64,000 nucleotides of DNA from Candidatus Magasanikbacteria bacterium RIFOXYC2_FULL_42_28 (lineage in GTDB: Bacteria > Patescibacteriota > Patescibacteriia > Magasanikbacterales > GWA2-37-8), in contig MFQZ01000001.1 of the NCBI GenBank assembly GCA_001784435.1, forward strand, positions 16,032-80,031. The letters are read 5' to 3'. Numbering within the stretch: position 1 is the stretch's first letter; every line of letters starts with the position of its first letter. The notes beneath the pieces were generated by a model. The model worked only from the letters and a program-made list of their open reading frames with translations, did no database searches and was not told where the DNA came from. The translations under genes were made by a program, and so were the position numbers. Below, one piece after another: positions 17,838 through 28,602 of the stretch.

Positions 17838-19181
17838 TTATAAGTAATCTCTCAACTTAGAAATCAAATCCGTGCCTTGAATTTTTTCCAAGGCCTTGGC
17901 CTCAATTTGGCGAATACGTTCGCGCGTAACACCAAATTCATTGCCGACCTCTTCCAAAGTGTGGGTAACACCATCGCCTAAACCAAAGCGCATTTCCAAG
18001 ATTTTCTGCTCGCGTGGCGCTAATGTTTGCACCACCTGTTTCACGTAATCGCGCAAAATTTGCAAACCGGCCGCGCGTGATGGCGAAATATTTTTGACAT
18101 CTTCAATAAAATCAGCCAATTGTGTATCTTCGTCATCATCGCCCACCGCGGCTTCCAAAGAAACCGTTTCCTGCGAAATTTTCATGATGTGGGTAATTTT
18201 TTCCACCTCTTCACCCATTTCCGCGGCTAATTCTTCCGGAGTCGGATCGCGCCCTAAGTCCTGCGTCAAACGGCGCTGGACTTGCTGGAAGCGATTGATT
18301 GTTTCCACCATATGCACCGGAATCCTGATCGTGCGTGATTGATCGGCCAGCGCGCGAGTGATGGCTTGGCGAATCCACCAAGTGGCATAGGTGGAAAATT
18401 TATAACCCTTGCGATAGTCAAATTTTTTAACAGCGCGAAACAAACCGATGTTGCCCTCTTGAATTAAATCCAAAAGCGACAAACTTTTGCCCACAAATTT
18501 TTTGGCAATTGATACCACTAAACGTAAGTTGGCTTCAATTAATTTGCGCTCCGCCGCCTGTTCGCCTCTTTCTTTGCGTTTGGCCAATGATACTTCTTGC
18601 TCGCCGGTAAGCAAAGGAATTTTACCAATTTCCCGCAAATACATTTGAATTGAGTCCGAAGAAATTTCGCCTAAATCAAACGGCGTGTCCATATCCGGCT
18701 GGCTGCCTTGGAATTCTTTTAAAATCGCGCCGTGTTCTTTTTTCGCGCCCAAAATTCCGGTCGCCGCTTCAACAATGGCGACACCATTTTTTTCAAAAGC
18801 CGCGAGTAGTCCTTCGTATAAATCCAAATAGCACTCCGGCCGAGGCAAGAATGTTAACAATTCCACTTCGGTAACAAATCCCCGGCTCCGGCCTTTGGCC
18901 ACGAGCGTCCATAGTTGTTCCACGGTTGGCTCCACCACTATTTCCGGTTCAACTTTTTTAGCTTTTTGTAATTTAAAAAATTTTTTCTTTTTATTTTTCA
19001 ATAAAAAATGCGCCCGCGCGCGGGTGTGTTTGGCAGTTGATTTTTTGTCGACCGTGGGCTTGGCTTTTTTTTGAACAATTTTACGCTGTCCAATTTTTTT
19101 GGCTTTCGTGGCCGTCTTTTTAGACGGGCGAGCCGAAGTTTTGGATTTCTGATTTTTCAATTTTTTCCCCCGCTTGATCAT
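17838..19181 (-). CDS. rpoD: Primary sigma factor with a Lys-rich N-terminal extension
   Basis: [47 protein letters not shown]. Confidence 0.96.
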   Translation of the reverse strand: MIKRGKKLKNQKSKTSARPSKKTATKAKKIGQRKIVQKKAKPTVDKKSTAKHTRARAHFLLKNKKKKFFKLQKAKKVEPEIVVEPTVEQLWTLVAKGRSRGFVTEVELLTFLPRPECYLDLYEGLLAAFEKNGVAIVEAATGILGAKKEHGAILKEFQGSQPDMDTPFDLGEISSDSIQMYLREIGKIPLLTGEQEVSLAKRKERGEQAAERKLIEANLRLVVSIAKKFVGKSLSLLDLIQEGNIGLFRAVKKFDYRKGYKFSTYATWWIRQAITRALADQSRTIRIPVHMVETINRFQQVQRRLTQDLGRDPTPEELAAEMGEEVEKITHIMKISQETVSLEAAVGDDDEDTQLADFIEDVKNISPSRAAGLQILRDYVKQVVQTLAPREQKILEMRFGLGDGVTHTLEEVGNEFGVTRERIRQIEAKALEKIQGTDLISKLRDYL

Positions 19182-19189
19182 AAAAAAAT

Positions 19190-21040
19190 TTACTTCAAAT
19201 TTTGAAATTCAATTAAAAGTTTATTTTGCTCATCGCGATTTCCAGATTTTTCCGCTTCTACCATTTGATGTTGCACTTCGGCTCGACGTCTTTTTAGCCA
19301 TTCATCTTTAATTTCTCGCACGAGCGCCAACACTTCCTCTTTCGCCCGCTCTTCATCATAATCCACAAACTCGAGTTCAGCCCGCATTTGCCAAGGGTTT
19401 ATATCAAAATCGGCCGTCAAAGTCAAATCAGACGCCTTCTTGATATTCGCGTTTATATTATACTGGTTTTTTAGCCATTCGTAAAGCGGTTCCGCACCAG
19501 AACCGGCATATGCCCCAACTGGCAAGATATCTGTTATACAAGAAAACAAGGCGGGATATTTCAAAACTGCTAACACACAACGTTCGCGACGACGTTCAAA
19601 ACTATCAGTAATAACTGGTTTAATAGTGGTTGTGACATCTTTTTTTGATTGAGGTAAGCGCGTTCTCTTTTGCAAATCTACAAGATTTTCTTTCATAACC
19701 ACAATATTAGTATCAAGCTTTTCAGCTATTAATTTTAACCAATGATCACGTATGATTGAATAAGGAATCAGACCAACGAATGATAAAAAATCATCAGCAA
19801 CTGTTTGCTTGTCTTTTGGTGATGATAAATTTTTTCCAACCAAAACCATATCAAAAAGCCATTCCATGATTTCACGCGCATTCTTTACTGCCATAAACCA
19901 AACATCTGGATTTTTTTTCAAACACTCATCTGCATCCTTTCCTGCGCCTTCAGGAATTTTTATAATACCAACATTTAAACCCTCTTTAATAGCCACCCCA
20001 ACAACTCTCTTCACCGCATTAACTCCGGCGCCATCAGCATCAAATGCCATTTTTATATTATTTGTATACCTCTTAATTAGTCCAAATTGATTACTTCTTT
20101 GTTGTTCCGATTCAGATAAAGTATCATCCGTTTCAAGCTTAAATGCCGTTCCCGAAGCCGCCACCACATTTTTCATTCCAGCCTGATGACAGGCAATCAC
20201 ATCCATTTGCCCTTCCACCATCACCACCAAATCTTTTGACTTAATTTCCGTTTTCGCTTTATTCAACCCATACAACACGCGCGATTTATCATATACCAAA
20301 GTTTGCGGAGTATTGACATATTTTCCACCCGCTTCCAAATTTTCATGCAATTGCCGTCCGGTAAAACCAACCACATCACCGTGCACATTCCAAATTGGAA
20401 ACATAATCCGATCACGAAAGCGGTCATAATATCTGGCTAAGTTATTTACCAAAACGGGCTTGCCCGGCGTAGCCGAAGGCGAAGACGGGTCTTTTTTAAT
20501 TGTGAGCCCAGCCGCCACCATATCATCAATTCCAATTCCTTTTTTTAATAAATATTGCGTTAACAAATCCCATTGATCAGGAATATATCCAACTTGCCAA
20601 TCCGCGATTGTTTCCGTTTTTAATTGCCGTCGCTCCAAATATTCGCGCGCTTCTTTTGACGCCGGCATGTCTAACAAAAATCGATGATAAAAATATGCGG
20701 CCTTGGCATTAACTTCCAAAATCCGATTTTTCTGACTTTTATTAACTTCACTTTGAAAATTATTATCTAATTTTACGCCCGCTCGATCCGCCAATAGTTT
20801 CAACGCCTCGGGAAAATCCAGCCCCTCCATTTCTTGCGCGAAAGAAAATATATCCCCTGATTTAGAGCACCCAAAACAATGCCAAAATTGCCGTTCAGCG
20901 TTTACCATAAACGACGGGGTTTTTTCCTTATGAAACGGACAGCACGCCTTCCAATATATACCCGCCTTTTTTAAAGGCAGATATTCGCCAATGAGCGTGA
21001 CAATGTCCAATTTATCTTTGATTGATTGCGTGTCGGTCAT
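19190..21040 (-). CDS. dnaG: DNA primase
   Basis: [16 protein letters not shown] Zn finger, [31 protein letters not shown]. Confidence 0.96.
   Translation of the reverse strand: MTDTQSIKDKLDIVTLIGEYLPLKKAGIYWKACCPFHKEKTPSFMVNAERQFWHCFGCSKSGDIFSFAQEMEGLDFPEALKLLADRAGVKLDNNFQSEVNKSQKNRILEVNAKAAYFYHRFLLDMPASKEAREYLERRQLKTETIADWQVGYIPDQWDLLTQYLLKKGIGIDDMVAAGLTIKKDPSSPSATPGKPVLVNNLARYYDRFRDRIMFPIWNVHGDVVGFTGRQLHENLEAGGKYVNTPQTLVYDKSRVLYGLNKAKTEIKSKDLVVMVEGQMDVIACHQAGMKNVVAASGTAFKLETDDTLSESEQQRSNQFGLIKRYTNNIKMAFDADGAGVNAVKRVVGVAIKEGLNVGIIKIPEGAGKDADECLKKNPDVWFMAVKNAREIMEWLFDMVLVGKNLSSPKDKQTVADDFLSFVGLIPYSIIRDHWLKLIAEKLDTNIVVMKENLVDLQKRTRLPQSKKDVTTTIKPVITDSFERRRERCVLAVLKYPALFSCITDILPVGAYAGSGAEPLYEWLKNQYNINANIKKASDLTLTADFDINPWQMRAELEFVDYDEERAKEEVLALVREIKDEWLKRRRAEVQHQMVEAEKSGNRDEQNKLLIEFQNLK
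20454..20489. repeat. GCTTGCCCGGCGTAGCCGAAGGCGAAG element, in frame in dnaG
   Basis: Matches mnmA 15496-15530 and CCA enzyme 31686-31716; encodes [11 protein letters not shown]. Confidence 0.75.
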
Positions 21041-21068
21041 AATAATTTTAATTGCGAAATCTCTTCAC

Positions 21069-22994
21069 TCATCCATTGTTCTCTGGGCCAAATTGTTCCA
21101 TTCGCATAAGTAATTTCGCTTCATCCATGTTATAAACATATTCACCTTTTCTAGTGCCTCGTTGCGTGCCAGTACAATTAACCTGCGTAAGTGAAAAAGA
21201 AAATGCATTGTTATTTTGCCATTTATTATCTCCTACATATTCCGCAGTATATCGCCCAGAATGATAACCGGAAATAGCCAAATTCGTCAACGATTGAATG
21301 TCGATAATATCATAATACACGCCACTATTGCAAACTCCGCCGTGCACCAACGCCACCAGCGCCAAATATCGCCCATCCGGACTAGGAAACAAATCCACCG
21401 CCGCGCCAAAAACATCATCCATAATTTTACGAATCTGACCGGACTTTGTATCTAATTGAAATAAAACACTATGACAGTTTTGCGCGCCACAATCAAAGGA
21501 AGTGTTCGCTAAAAAATATACCATTCCATCAACACTGGAGGTTGCGCTACTAATTCTTATAGATCGATCTGGCTCGAAATTTGATATTGCGTCAATAGTA
21601 ATATCGTTTTGTGCTGAAGCATAATTTAATTTAGTCACAAAACCATGCGCCGCTAAAAAAAACCCAATAACAAACAACAAAATCGGCCACCAAATATTCC
21701 CCCACTTTTTCTTCTGACTATTTTCCAAAACACAACTAACTAAATTCTGTGTTTGTTGCTCGTAATTTTTTAAATTCAACTTGCCGACCACAGGCACATT
21801 GCCTGTCCCGGCGTTATAAGCAACTACAGATTTTTTAAAACTCTCAGTGCTTTTTTTGTATTTCGTAGTATTTAACCATTTAAAATAACTTACGCCAGCG
21901 GCGACATTTTGGTTGGCATTAAACAGGTCAGATATGGGCGAGTAAAATGGTTTGCTATCGTCATTCAAATCAATCTTTAGCTGATTAGTTAGTTGAAATA
22001 TGCCACGACCCAAACGATCATCGGATGCCGGACCGCCGGTGGCATACACTTTATAGCGCGATTCGCAACCGGCCAAAGCCAAAACATACGAACTTTCAAT
22101 ATTTAATTTTTGCGCCCAAAATTTAATCAACTCAATTATTTTTTCTCTTTCTTGACCTTGGATTTCCACAAACGAAGACAAAACATAGCCAATTTTGCCG
22201 TGCGCCCCCACTTTATGCCAAACATAAGATTTGCCCGCGATAAATTTTCCAATGACCACCTCCTCTAAAATGTTAATCTGTTCACCATCTGCTAAACTTT
22301 CTAAAATTTTCGATTCATCATCTGGTTGCGAACGTAAATTGACTGATGAAGACAAAATAATATCCTGATATAATTTAATCCGACCAATTTTATAGTTCAT
22401 TTCAATGGTAGATTTAAATTGCACAATCACAGATTCCACCTTTTTATCTTGTGGCCGCTTTATCGTAATCATGATAGTGTCAGTGTCAGTTTTAGTTTCA
22501 ATTGATTTTTGACTGTGAGTATTATCGTTATATTTTACTTCTAAATTTTCAATTTCAATATTCTTATAAATAAAGTCAATCGCCGACGCGTCGTGTGACA
22601 ATGACAAAACTAATTTTTCTTTTATGTCAGGATTCATCTCCTCAACAGAAATATTCTCCAACATCGGCGCTTCATCTACCCAAAATCGCAATTTATGGGC
22701 GCCAGCCTTAAGCGGTAGTAAAATAATAACCGACTTGCTGGAATTTTTTAATTCATTGCCATTCCAAGTCCCTGGTCCTTTAAACTCGCGCTTTTTACCT
22801 GATAATTCCGTAAATAAATAATCGTCAACCTGCACAGCCAAATCATCATCGCTGAATAAACGTTTAAAATTCTGCCGCCAATTTTTCGCTTTAGCTTGAA
22901 TGGTAATCAAATAAATACCGTCGGCGAAAACGTTAAAATCCCAAACCTCTTGATCGCTAACAACACGATTGAATATTTGTGATTGATTTGGCAT
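21069..22994 (-). CDS. Multidomain protein: SH3b + lytic transglycosylase (SLT) + TM + C-terminal domain
   Basis: VNLRSQP...W.KV...GYV (SH3b); CES, GIFQL, AYNAG (SLT motifs); TM near residue 435. Confidence 0.75.
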   Translation of the reverse strand: MPNQSQIFNRVVSDQEVWDFNVFADGIYLITIQAKAKNWRQNFKRLFSDDDLAVQVDDYLFTELSGKKREFKGPGTWNGNELKNSSKSVIILLPLKAGAHKLRFWVDEAPMLENISVEEMNPDIKEKLVLSLSHDASAIDFIYKNIEIENLEVKYNDNTHSQKSIETKTDTDTIMITIKRPQDKKVESVIVQFKSTIEMNYKIGRIKLYQDIILSSSVNLRSQPDDESKILESLADGEQINILEEVVIGKFIAGKSYVWHKVGAHGKIGYVLSSFVEIQGQEREKIIELIKFWAQKLNIESSYVLALAGCESRYKVYATGGPASDDRLGRGIFQLTNQLKIDLNDDSKPFYSPISDLFNANQNVAAGVSYFKWLNTTKYKKSTESFKKSVVAYNAGTGNVPVVGKLNLKNYEQQTQNLVSCVLENSQKKKWGNIWWPILLFVIGFFLAAHGFVTKLNYASAQNDITIDAISNFEPDRSIRISSATSSVDGMVYFLANTSFDCGAQNCHSVLFQLDTKSGQIRKIMDDVFGAAVDLFPSPDGRYLALVALVHGGVCNSGVYYDIIDIQSLTNLAISGYHSGRYTAEYVGDNKWQNNNAFSFSLTQVNCTGTQRGTRKGEYVYNMDEAKLLMRMEQFGPENNG

Positions 22995-23020
22995 AATTTA
23001 ATTTTAGATTTATATGAGAA

Positions 23021-23141
23021 TTTTTTCCTTATGAAACGGACAGCACGCTTTCCAATAGATACCGGCCTTTTAAATCGGCAGATATTCGCCAATGAGCGTG
23101 ACTATGTCCAATTTATCTTTGATTGATTGCGTGTCGGTCAT
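23021..23141 (-). pseudogene. Relic copy of the first 121 bp of dnaG
   Basis: 113/121 identical to 20920-21040 by manual alignment; codon 24 AAA changed to TAA. Confidence 0.85.
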
Positions 23142-23154
23142 GGGAAATTTAAAA

Positions 23155-23949
23155 TTAACTATTTGTATCACCCTCACTACCGCTATTCAATTTTTTAATT
23201 TTTAAACAATATCGTGTACGAACTGATGAACGCGTTGCAATTCCCGATCCCATGAATGGACGAGGGACAAATGTATATTGAAAATTATAAACACTCTTTA
23301 ATTTTTCCAGTTCCTTACTCACATAAACACTGTGCTGTGTTGAAACAGGAAATATGCTAGCCAAACCACCCTGATGTAATTTGCTTATTATCATACCAAA
23401 AAATGAGTTCAGTTTGCGTTCAAGATTATCCGTGTTAAGAAGACCGGTACTACTATCCTCAAAAACATACGGAAATTCACCCCAAGTATTTACTATTAAA
23501 TCAAACTCTTCTGTCGGGTGGCCTTGCTCATCTTGGTGTTTTAATTCTAAAATTGATCGCCATTTAAGATCATCTTTTGATAAATTTTTTAAATTTCTAT
23601 TACGACGATAGTTTTTCGCTATTTTTTTACGTAAACCGGTGGTAAAAACTTTTATTCTGTCCCCAAACTCGGTTCTTAGTTGATCAGCATATAAGCCGGC
23701 ACCACCACCCATATCTAACACTCTGAATTTTCTATTCTGAAATTCTTTTTCTGATAAACGCTGTCTAATATATTCAATAAATGATTGTTCATGTAATGCC
23801 GCCACATCTAATCTACTGGTATGCTCGTCGCCCTCTGTTCGATCATATTGATAAGGTGGTTCTGATAACCCCTTTTCGCTGTGTTCTCCTGTAAAAACAG
23901 TATGCAATTCTTCATCGGAAATATCATGCGGCCAATGTCGTTCTGACAT
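23155..23949 (-). CDS. Class I SAM-dependent methyltransferase-like protein
   Basis: RVLDMGGGAG, FDLIV, L..GG. Confidence 0.65.
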   Translation of the reverse strand: MSERHWPHDISDEELHTVFTGEHSEKGLSEPPYQYDRTEGDEHTSRLDVAALHEQSFIEYIRQRLSEKEFQNRKFRVLDMGGGAGLYADQLRTEFGDRIKVFTTGLRKKIAKNYRRNRNLKNLSKDDLKWRSILELKHQDEQGHPTEEFDLIVNTWGEFPYVFEDSSTGLLNTDNLERKLNSFFGMIISKLHQGGLASIFPVSTQHSVYVSKELEKLKSVYNFQYTFVPRPFMGSGIATRSSVRTRYCLKIKKLNSGSEGDTNS

Positions 23950-23964
23950 ATAAAAAATATTTAT

Positions 23965-25209
23965 TTATTCTTTTCTAAGCGCCGTCACCGGATCCAAACC
24001 GGCGGCTTTCTTTGCTGGGTAAAGGCCAAAAAATAATCCAATGACCGCCGAAAACCCAACGGCCAAAATTATTGATTGAATGGGGATAACATACGCCCAG
24101 ACGAAGTTATAATAGACCGCAATCAAATAAATTACAAGGGCAAAAATCGCGCCTAAAATTATTCCCACGAGTCCCCCGCCCAAAGTTAAAAGCACTGCCT
24201 CACTTAAAAATTGTCGCAAAATATCTGAGTTAGTCGCCCCTAAGGCCTTCCTCAAACCAATTTCAAAAGTCCGTTCGGTAACCGACACATACATTATATT
24301 CATAATCCCCACCCCACCAACCAGAAGCGACACGCACACGAGCGCCACGAGCAACATCGTAATTCCGTTCACGACCGAGCCCAAAATATCCGCCGCCTCT
24401 TTCATCGTGTTAACGGCAAAATCATCTTTATTCGGATCAGTAATATCGTGATTGTCGCGAATAATTTCTTCCAAATCCGTAACGGTCGCTGCCATGGCCG
24501 AGCGGTCTTTTACTTTGGCAATTATAGAGCGAAAATAATCCACGCCTAAAATTTTCTTTTGCAAAGTTGTTACCGGCACAATGGCCATATTGTCCATATC
24601 CATCCCAAAAGACGCGCCCCGCTTAACAGTAACGCCCAACACCCGAAACGCTTTTCCCTTCATATATATAGTTTGACCCACCGCATCGCTGTCGCCAAAT
24701 AATTCCTCTTTTAACACTGGGCCCAAAACAGCGACTTGCGCGAGCGACTCCTCTTCTTCTTTCGTAAACATTCTCCCGTCCGACAAATCCAATTTTTCCA
24801 CTTCTTGTAAATTATATCCTTCGCCCATGAGTAGTGAAATTTTGGTTTGGTCTTCGTATTTAATCGCCGCCTGCCCCATTGCCCAACCATACGCCGCAAC
24901 AATATTGTGGTGATTACGCACATCTTCCAAATCATGATTTTTTAAAGTGGTAATATTAATACCGGTGCTCTGACCAAAAGCATTATCACTGGAAGTTTTT
25001 TTCGTGGCCGGCACTTTTACTTCAATGCTAATCGTGTCCGGCGAAAAAGTTTCCAATTGCGACATTACCATTCGATCCAATCCCCGCCCGGCGGCCATAA
25101 TGGCGATGACGACCGCGATGCCGATGCTTAAACCCAAAACAGTCAAGACGGTTCTGGTCTTTTGAGATTTAAGGGCAGTGATAGCTAATTTGATGGGAGT
25201 AAAATTCAT
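23965..25209 (-). CDS. ABC transporter permease (MacB/FtsX family)
   Basis: RT.LT.LG..IGI, VGGVGIMNIM.VSVTERT.EIGLRKALGA. Confidence 0.93.
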   Translation of the reverse strand: MNFTPIKLAITALKSQKTRTVLTVLGLSIGIAVVIAIMAAGRGLDRMVMSQLETFSPDTISIEVKVPATKKTSSDNAFGQSTGINITTLKNHDLEDVRNHHNIVAAYGWAMGQAAIKYEDQTKISLLMGEGYNLQEVEKLDLSDGRMFTKEEEESLAQVAVLGPVLKEELFGDSDAVGQTIYMKGKAFRVLGVTVKRGASFGMDMDNMAIVPVTTLQKKILGVDYFRSIIAKVKDRSAMAATVTDLEEIIRDNHDITDPNKDDFAVNTMKEAADILGSVVNGITMLLVALVCVSLLVGGVGIMNIMYVSVTERTFEIGLRKALGATNSDILRQFLSEAVLLTLGGGLVGIILGAIFALVIYLIAVYYNFVWAYVIPIQSIILAVGFSAVIGLFFGLYPAKKAAGLDPVTALRKE

Positions 25210-25212
25210 GTT

Positions 25213-25247
25213 TAAACTCTAAATACTAAACCCTAAATTCTAAACAA
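25213..25247. repeat. Left heptamer array (TAAAnnC x5) flanking the four-helix-bundle gene
   Basis: TAAACTC TAAATAC TAAACCC TAAATTC TAAACAA; inverted copy at 25638-25672. Confidence 0.8.
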
Positions 25248-25271
25248 ACCCAAAATACAAATAATAAATGT

Positions 25272-25631
25272 TCAAATTTTCGAAATAATTGCGCCAAATA
25301 TTTTCATAAGCTGTGTTGCTTCATCAATTAAAATTTTTCTTTCCGCTTCGTGTATTGTTAACGCGTCCACTAATCTCAACCACAAAACTGATTCTTTTGC
25401 TTCTTTGCGACAAATCTTAATTCTCATTACAAAATCCTTTTTACTTAACGACTCACTTGCTTCAATATAATTCGCAGCAACCGAACCTGACGAACGAATT
25501 AATTGCTTGGCATATTCTATATTTGATATATTTCTTGGTAATTTTTTTACAAATAATTTTGTATTATAAGCAAATTTAAATATTCTATCGTGTAAATCAA
25601 ACACCGGTTTTGGATTTTGTATTTCAGACAT
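25272..25631 (-). CDS. Four-helix-bundle protein (23S rRNA IVP/bAvd-like, TIGR02436-type)
   Basis: QLIRSSGSVAANYIEA, S.KDF...KI..KEAKES..WL. Confidence 0.9.
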   Translation of the reverse strand: MSEIQNPKPVFDLHDRIFKFAYNTKLFVKKLPRNISNIEYAKQLIRSSGSVAANYIEASESLSKKDFVMRIKICRKEAKESVLWLRLVDALTIHEAERKILIDEATQLMKIFGAIISKI

Positions 25632-25637
25632 TTGAAC

Positions 25638-25672
25638 TTGTTTAGAATTTAGGGTTTAGAGTTTAGTATTTA
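25638..25672. repeat. Right inverted heptamer array flanking the four-helix-bundle gene
   Basis: Reverse complement reads TAAATAC TAAACTC TAAACCC TAAATTC TAAACAA. Confidence 0.8.
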
Positions 25673-26914
25673 TTCGTACCTAAGCGCTTCAATAGGATTT
25701 AATTTTGCCGCCTTCCGCGCCGGCACAATCCCAAACAACATTCCGATCCCAACCGATACCACACAACCCAAGACAATCGACGGGATACTAATAATAAAAT
25801 CCCAGTCATAGCCAAGCGAACGCACCACCAGTGAAATTATATAAGAAATAAAAATACCAGAAATAATTCCGATCACGCCACCAATAAAAGTTATCATCAC
25901 GGTCTCAACTAAAAATTGTTCAATAATATTACGATTGGTCGCCCCAACGGCTTTGCGCAAACCAATTTCACGCGTGCGTTCTTGCACCGCCGCGAGCATG
26001 ATATTCATAATCCCAACGCCACCCACGACAAGCGCAATCGCCGCCACGGCTGCTAAAAATAATTTTAAAGCGTTGGTAATTTGCGTAATTGCTTCCAAAC
26101 CCTGCGCCATTGATCGCACCGAAAAATCATCCTCTTCCGGCCGGTCAATTTTGTGGCGTTCGCGTAAAAATATCCGCGCGTCTTCCATCGCCGCGTCAAC
26201 ATTGTCCGGATTATCCACTTTTAAACGCGCGAAGCTAATATAATCAATGCCCAATAATAATTTTTGCGCGGTATTAAGTGGCACAAAAATTTGGTCATCT
26301 TGATTTTGAAAACCAGACACACCGCGTGTTTTCATCACACCAATAACATTAAACGAGGATTTTTTTATTTTAATTTGCGCGCCCACCGGATCTTCTTCGC
26401 CAAATAATTCTTTGGCCACCGTACTGCCTAACACGGCCACGCGCGCCATACTACGCTCTTCTTCTTCGGTAAAAAATCTCCCATTTTCAACTTTGGCATT
26501 TTCCACTTCCACAATAGACGCGTTAACGCCGGTAAAACTGGTGTCGGTTTGATTGTCACCCCAAACAATCGTATCAGTGCCTTTGACATAGCCGGTGCCG
26601 GCAACAACGTGCGCCGAACCGCTCCGAATTAATTCGCGGATATCACTGTCTTTCAAAGTCGTAACCACAATTCCCATCGCTGACGCCGGTGGGCCTTTTT
26701 CATCAGACGCGCCCGGAAGCACACCAATTAAATCCGAACCCAAACTTTTTACTTGATTTAAAATCATCCCCTGCGCGCCCGCACCGGCTGACAAAACAAT
26801 TATCACCGACATCACACCAATTATCACCCCAAGCATAGTTAAAAATGACCGAATTTTATTCCGGCCCAATACTCGCCAGATGGCGTGGATGTTGTCGAGG
26901 AGGTGCATAATCAC
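25670..26914 (-). CDS. ABC transporter permease (MacB/FtsX family)
   Basis: RSFLTMLGVIIGV, GGVGIMNIML..VQERTREIGLRKAVGA, LNPIEALRYE. Confidence 0.93.
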   Translation of the reverse strand: MIMHLLDNIHAIWRVLGRNKIRSFLTMLGVIIGVMSVIIVLSAGAGAQGMILNQVKSLGSDLIGVLPGASDEKGPPASAMGIVVTTLKDSDIRELIRSGSAHVVAGTGYVKGTDTIVWGDNQTDTSFTGVNASIVEVENAKVENGRFFTEEEERSMARVAVLGSTVAKELFGEEDPVGAQIKIKKSSFNVIGVMKTRGVSGFQNQDDQIFVPLNTAQKLLLGIDYISFARLKVDNPDNVDAAMEDARIFLRERHKIDRPEEDDFSVRSMAQGLEAITQITNALKLFLAAVAAIALVVGGVGIMNIMLAAVQERTREIGLRKAVGATNRNIIEQFLVETVMITFIGGVIGIISGIFISYIISLVVRSLGYDWDFIISIPSIVLGCVVSVGIGMLFGIVPARKAAKLNPIEALRYE

Positions 26915-27633
26915 TTTTTCAAATCCGTCGCGCCGGCCGCAATTTGGCGATTAGTTATCAGCGCGTCTTCCACAATTTCGCCATCTTTTAATTTAATCGC
27001 CCGCTTGGCGTGAGCGGCGGTGTATTGTTCGTGCGTGACCAAAATTATGGTGTTGCCTTTATCGTTTAAATCCTGCAAAATTTTCATCACTTGTAAACCG
27101 GATTTAGAATCCAAATTACCGGTCGGTTCATCGGCAAAAATTACGGATGGTTCGTTGACAAGCGCGCGCGCGATGGCCACGCGTTGTTTTTCACCGCCGG
27201 ATAATTGATTGGTAAAATATTCTAAACGATGTGCCAAACCAACCGACTCTAACGCCGCGGTCGCTTTTTGTTTGCGTTCACTTTCGGAATATTTAGCATA
27301 CACGAGCGGTAACATTACATTTTCCAATACGGTCGTGCGGGGCAATAAATTAAACGCTTGAAAAACAAAACCAACCGACTTACTTCGCATCTGCGCTAAT
27401 TCGTCATCGGTTAAACTACTAACATCACGCCCATCAAAAATATATTTTCCCGATGATAATTTATCCAAAAAACCCAAAATGTGCATCAGGGTGGATTTAC
27501 CCGAGCCCGACGGCCCCATAATCGCCACAAACTCCCCGCGCTCAATTTGAAAATTCAAACCGGCCAAAACAGGCGTTACCACGCCTTCGTTTTCGTATTG
27601 CTTTTTTAGGTTTTGGATTTGGATAAGTGACAT
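26911..27633 (-). CDS. ABC transporter ATP-binding protein (MacB/LolD type)
   Basis: GPSGSGKST, LSGGEKQRV, DEPTGNLD. Confidence 0.95.
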   Translation of the reverse strand: MSLIQIQNLKKQYENEGVVTPVLAGLNFQIERGEFVAIMGPSGSGKSTLMHILGFLDKLSSGKYIFDGRDVSSLTDDELAQMRSKSVGFVFQAFNLLPRTTVLENVMLPLVYAKYSESERKQKATAALESVGLAHRLEYFTNQLSGGEKQRVAIARALVNEPSVIFADEPTGNLDSKSGLQVMKILQDLNDKGNTIILVTHEQYTAAHAKRAIKLKDGEIVEDALITNRQIAAGATDLKK

Positions 27634-27639
27634 ATTTTT

Positions 27640-28575
27640 TTACATTATTTTTTTTCTTGTCACTTTGTATTTTACAGTGTTGTCTATGGATGGCAGCTTG
27701 ATATCTACGCCACTTTTATTTTCGCTTTTAACATGAACAACTTCTGATAATATTGGTAGATGTGCCTCTAAAAATTTAAATTTGCCTGGATGGATTCGTT
27801 TAAGTACCTCTGGATCCAAAAGGTAAACCGCCACACTGTCAGATAAATCTTCCGCTGGATCAAATGCTGCATAATCAGATACACAGGGTTGACTGGTAGT
27901 TTTTTGGATGGCGCGCCCACCAGGAGCAATTACTGCCTGCTCAACTTTTTTCCAACCAAATTCATTTTCCCAATCAGCCAAAAGTTTATCCCCAAAAACA
28001 TGTCCAATTTCGTGAGCAACCGTCGCCTCAAAACTTGAGGGAAGCCCGGTGCGGTGTTTATCTTGTCTCAAGCCATGTGGGTAAATTTGTATTGCTTGAT
28101 AATTATTCCTTAATGTTGCCTCACCACTTGTCAATTCCCCAGTGAGCTCATTTTGTTTGTCTGTTTTTCCTATAAATATGTATTTTACTTTTTTGATTAT
28201 TTCTCCATTATTTATTCTAGCGGCAGTCATGATAATATTTACTATTTGTGCTTTGTGCTGATCAGATAGGGACTCGCCAAAATTATATACATCAACTTCT
28301 ATGGTGTCGGCTTCTCCAATACGAGCTGTAATTGTTGTCTGTTCTTTAGGTAGACCTAGTTCATTTTTTATCTTATCACTTAACCACCAGCACTCCCCAG
28401 CCAGCTTAACCTTTAACGCTGTTATGATCGCCCTTTCCAACTCGTCATCTGATAAACTTGGTCTTATATTTATTACAACTGCATTAGGGTCATCATCATC
28501 ACAAACAAATCTTAAATCATCAAAATTTTGATATTCTTTCGGCCGGTATCCTTTTGCCTCACTTGTATTTATCAT
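27640..28575 (-). CDS. Putative zincin metallopeptidase
   Basis: AHEIGHVF (HExxH) and downstream VSDYA...PAEDL.D. Confidence 0.6.
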   Translation of the reverse strand: MINTSEAKGYRPKEYQNFDDLRFVCDDDDPNAVVINIRPSLSDDELERAIITALKVKLAGECWWLSDKIKNELGLPKEQTTITARIGEADTIEVDVYNFGESLSDQHKAQIVNIIMTAARINNGEIIKKVKYIFIGKTDKQNELTGELTSGEATLRNNYQAIQIYPHGLRQDKHRTGLPSSFEATVAHEIGHVFGDKLLADWENEFGWKKVEQAVIAPGGRAIQKTTSQPCVSDYAAFDPAEDLSDSVAVYLLDPEVLKRIHPGKFKFLEAHLPILSEVVHVKSENKSGVDIKLPSIDNTVKYKVTRKKIM

Positions 28576-28602
28576 AGATAAAAAATAAATTGCCAAAAAA
28601 CC

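Noticed and set aside
22907-23092. 61-aa ORF upstream of the SLT gene
   Set aside because: Out-of-frame reading of the dnaG relic
23021-25631. Diversity-generating retroelement (Avd-like gene plus a near-identical repeat pair)
   Set aside because: No reverse transcriptase in the window; the dnaG repeat differences are mostly synonymous and not adenine-specific
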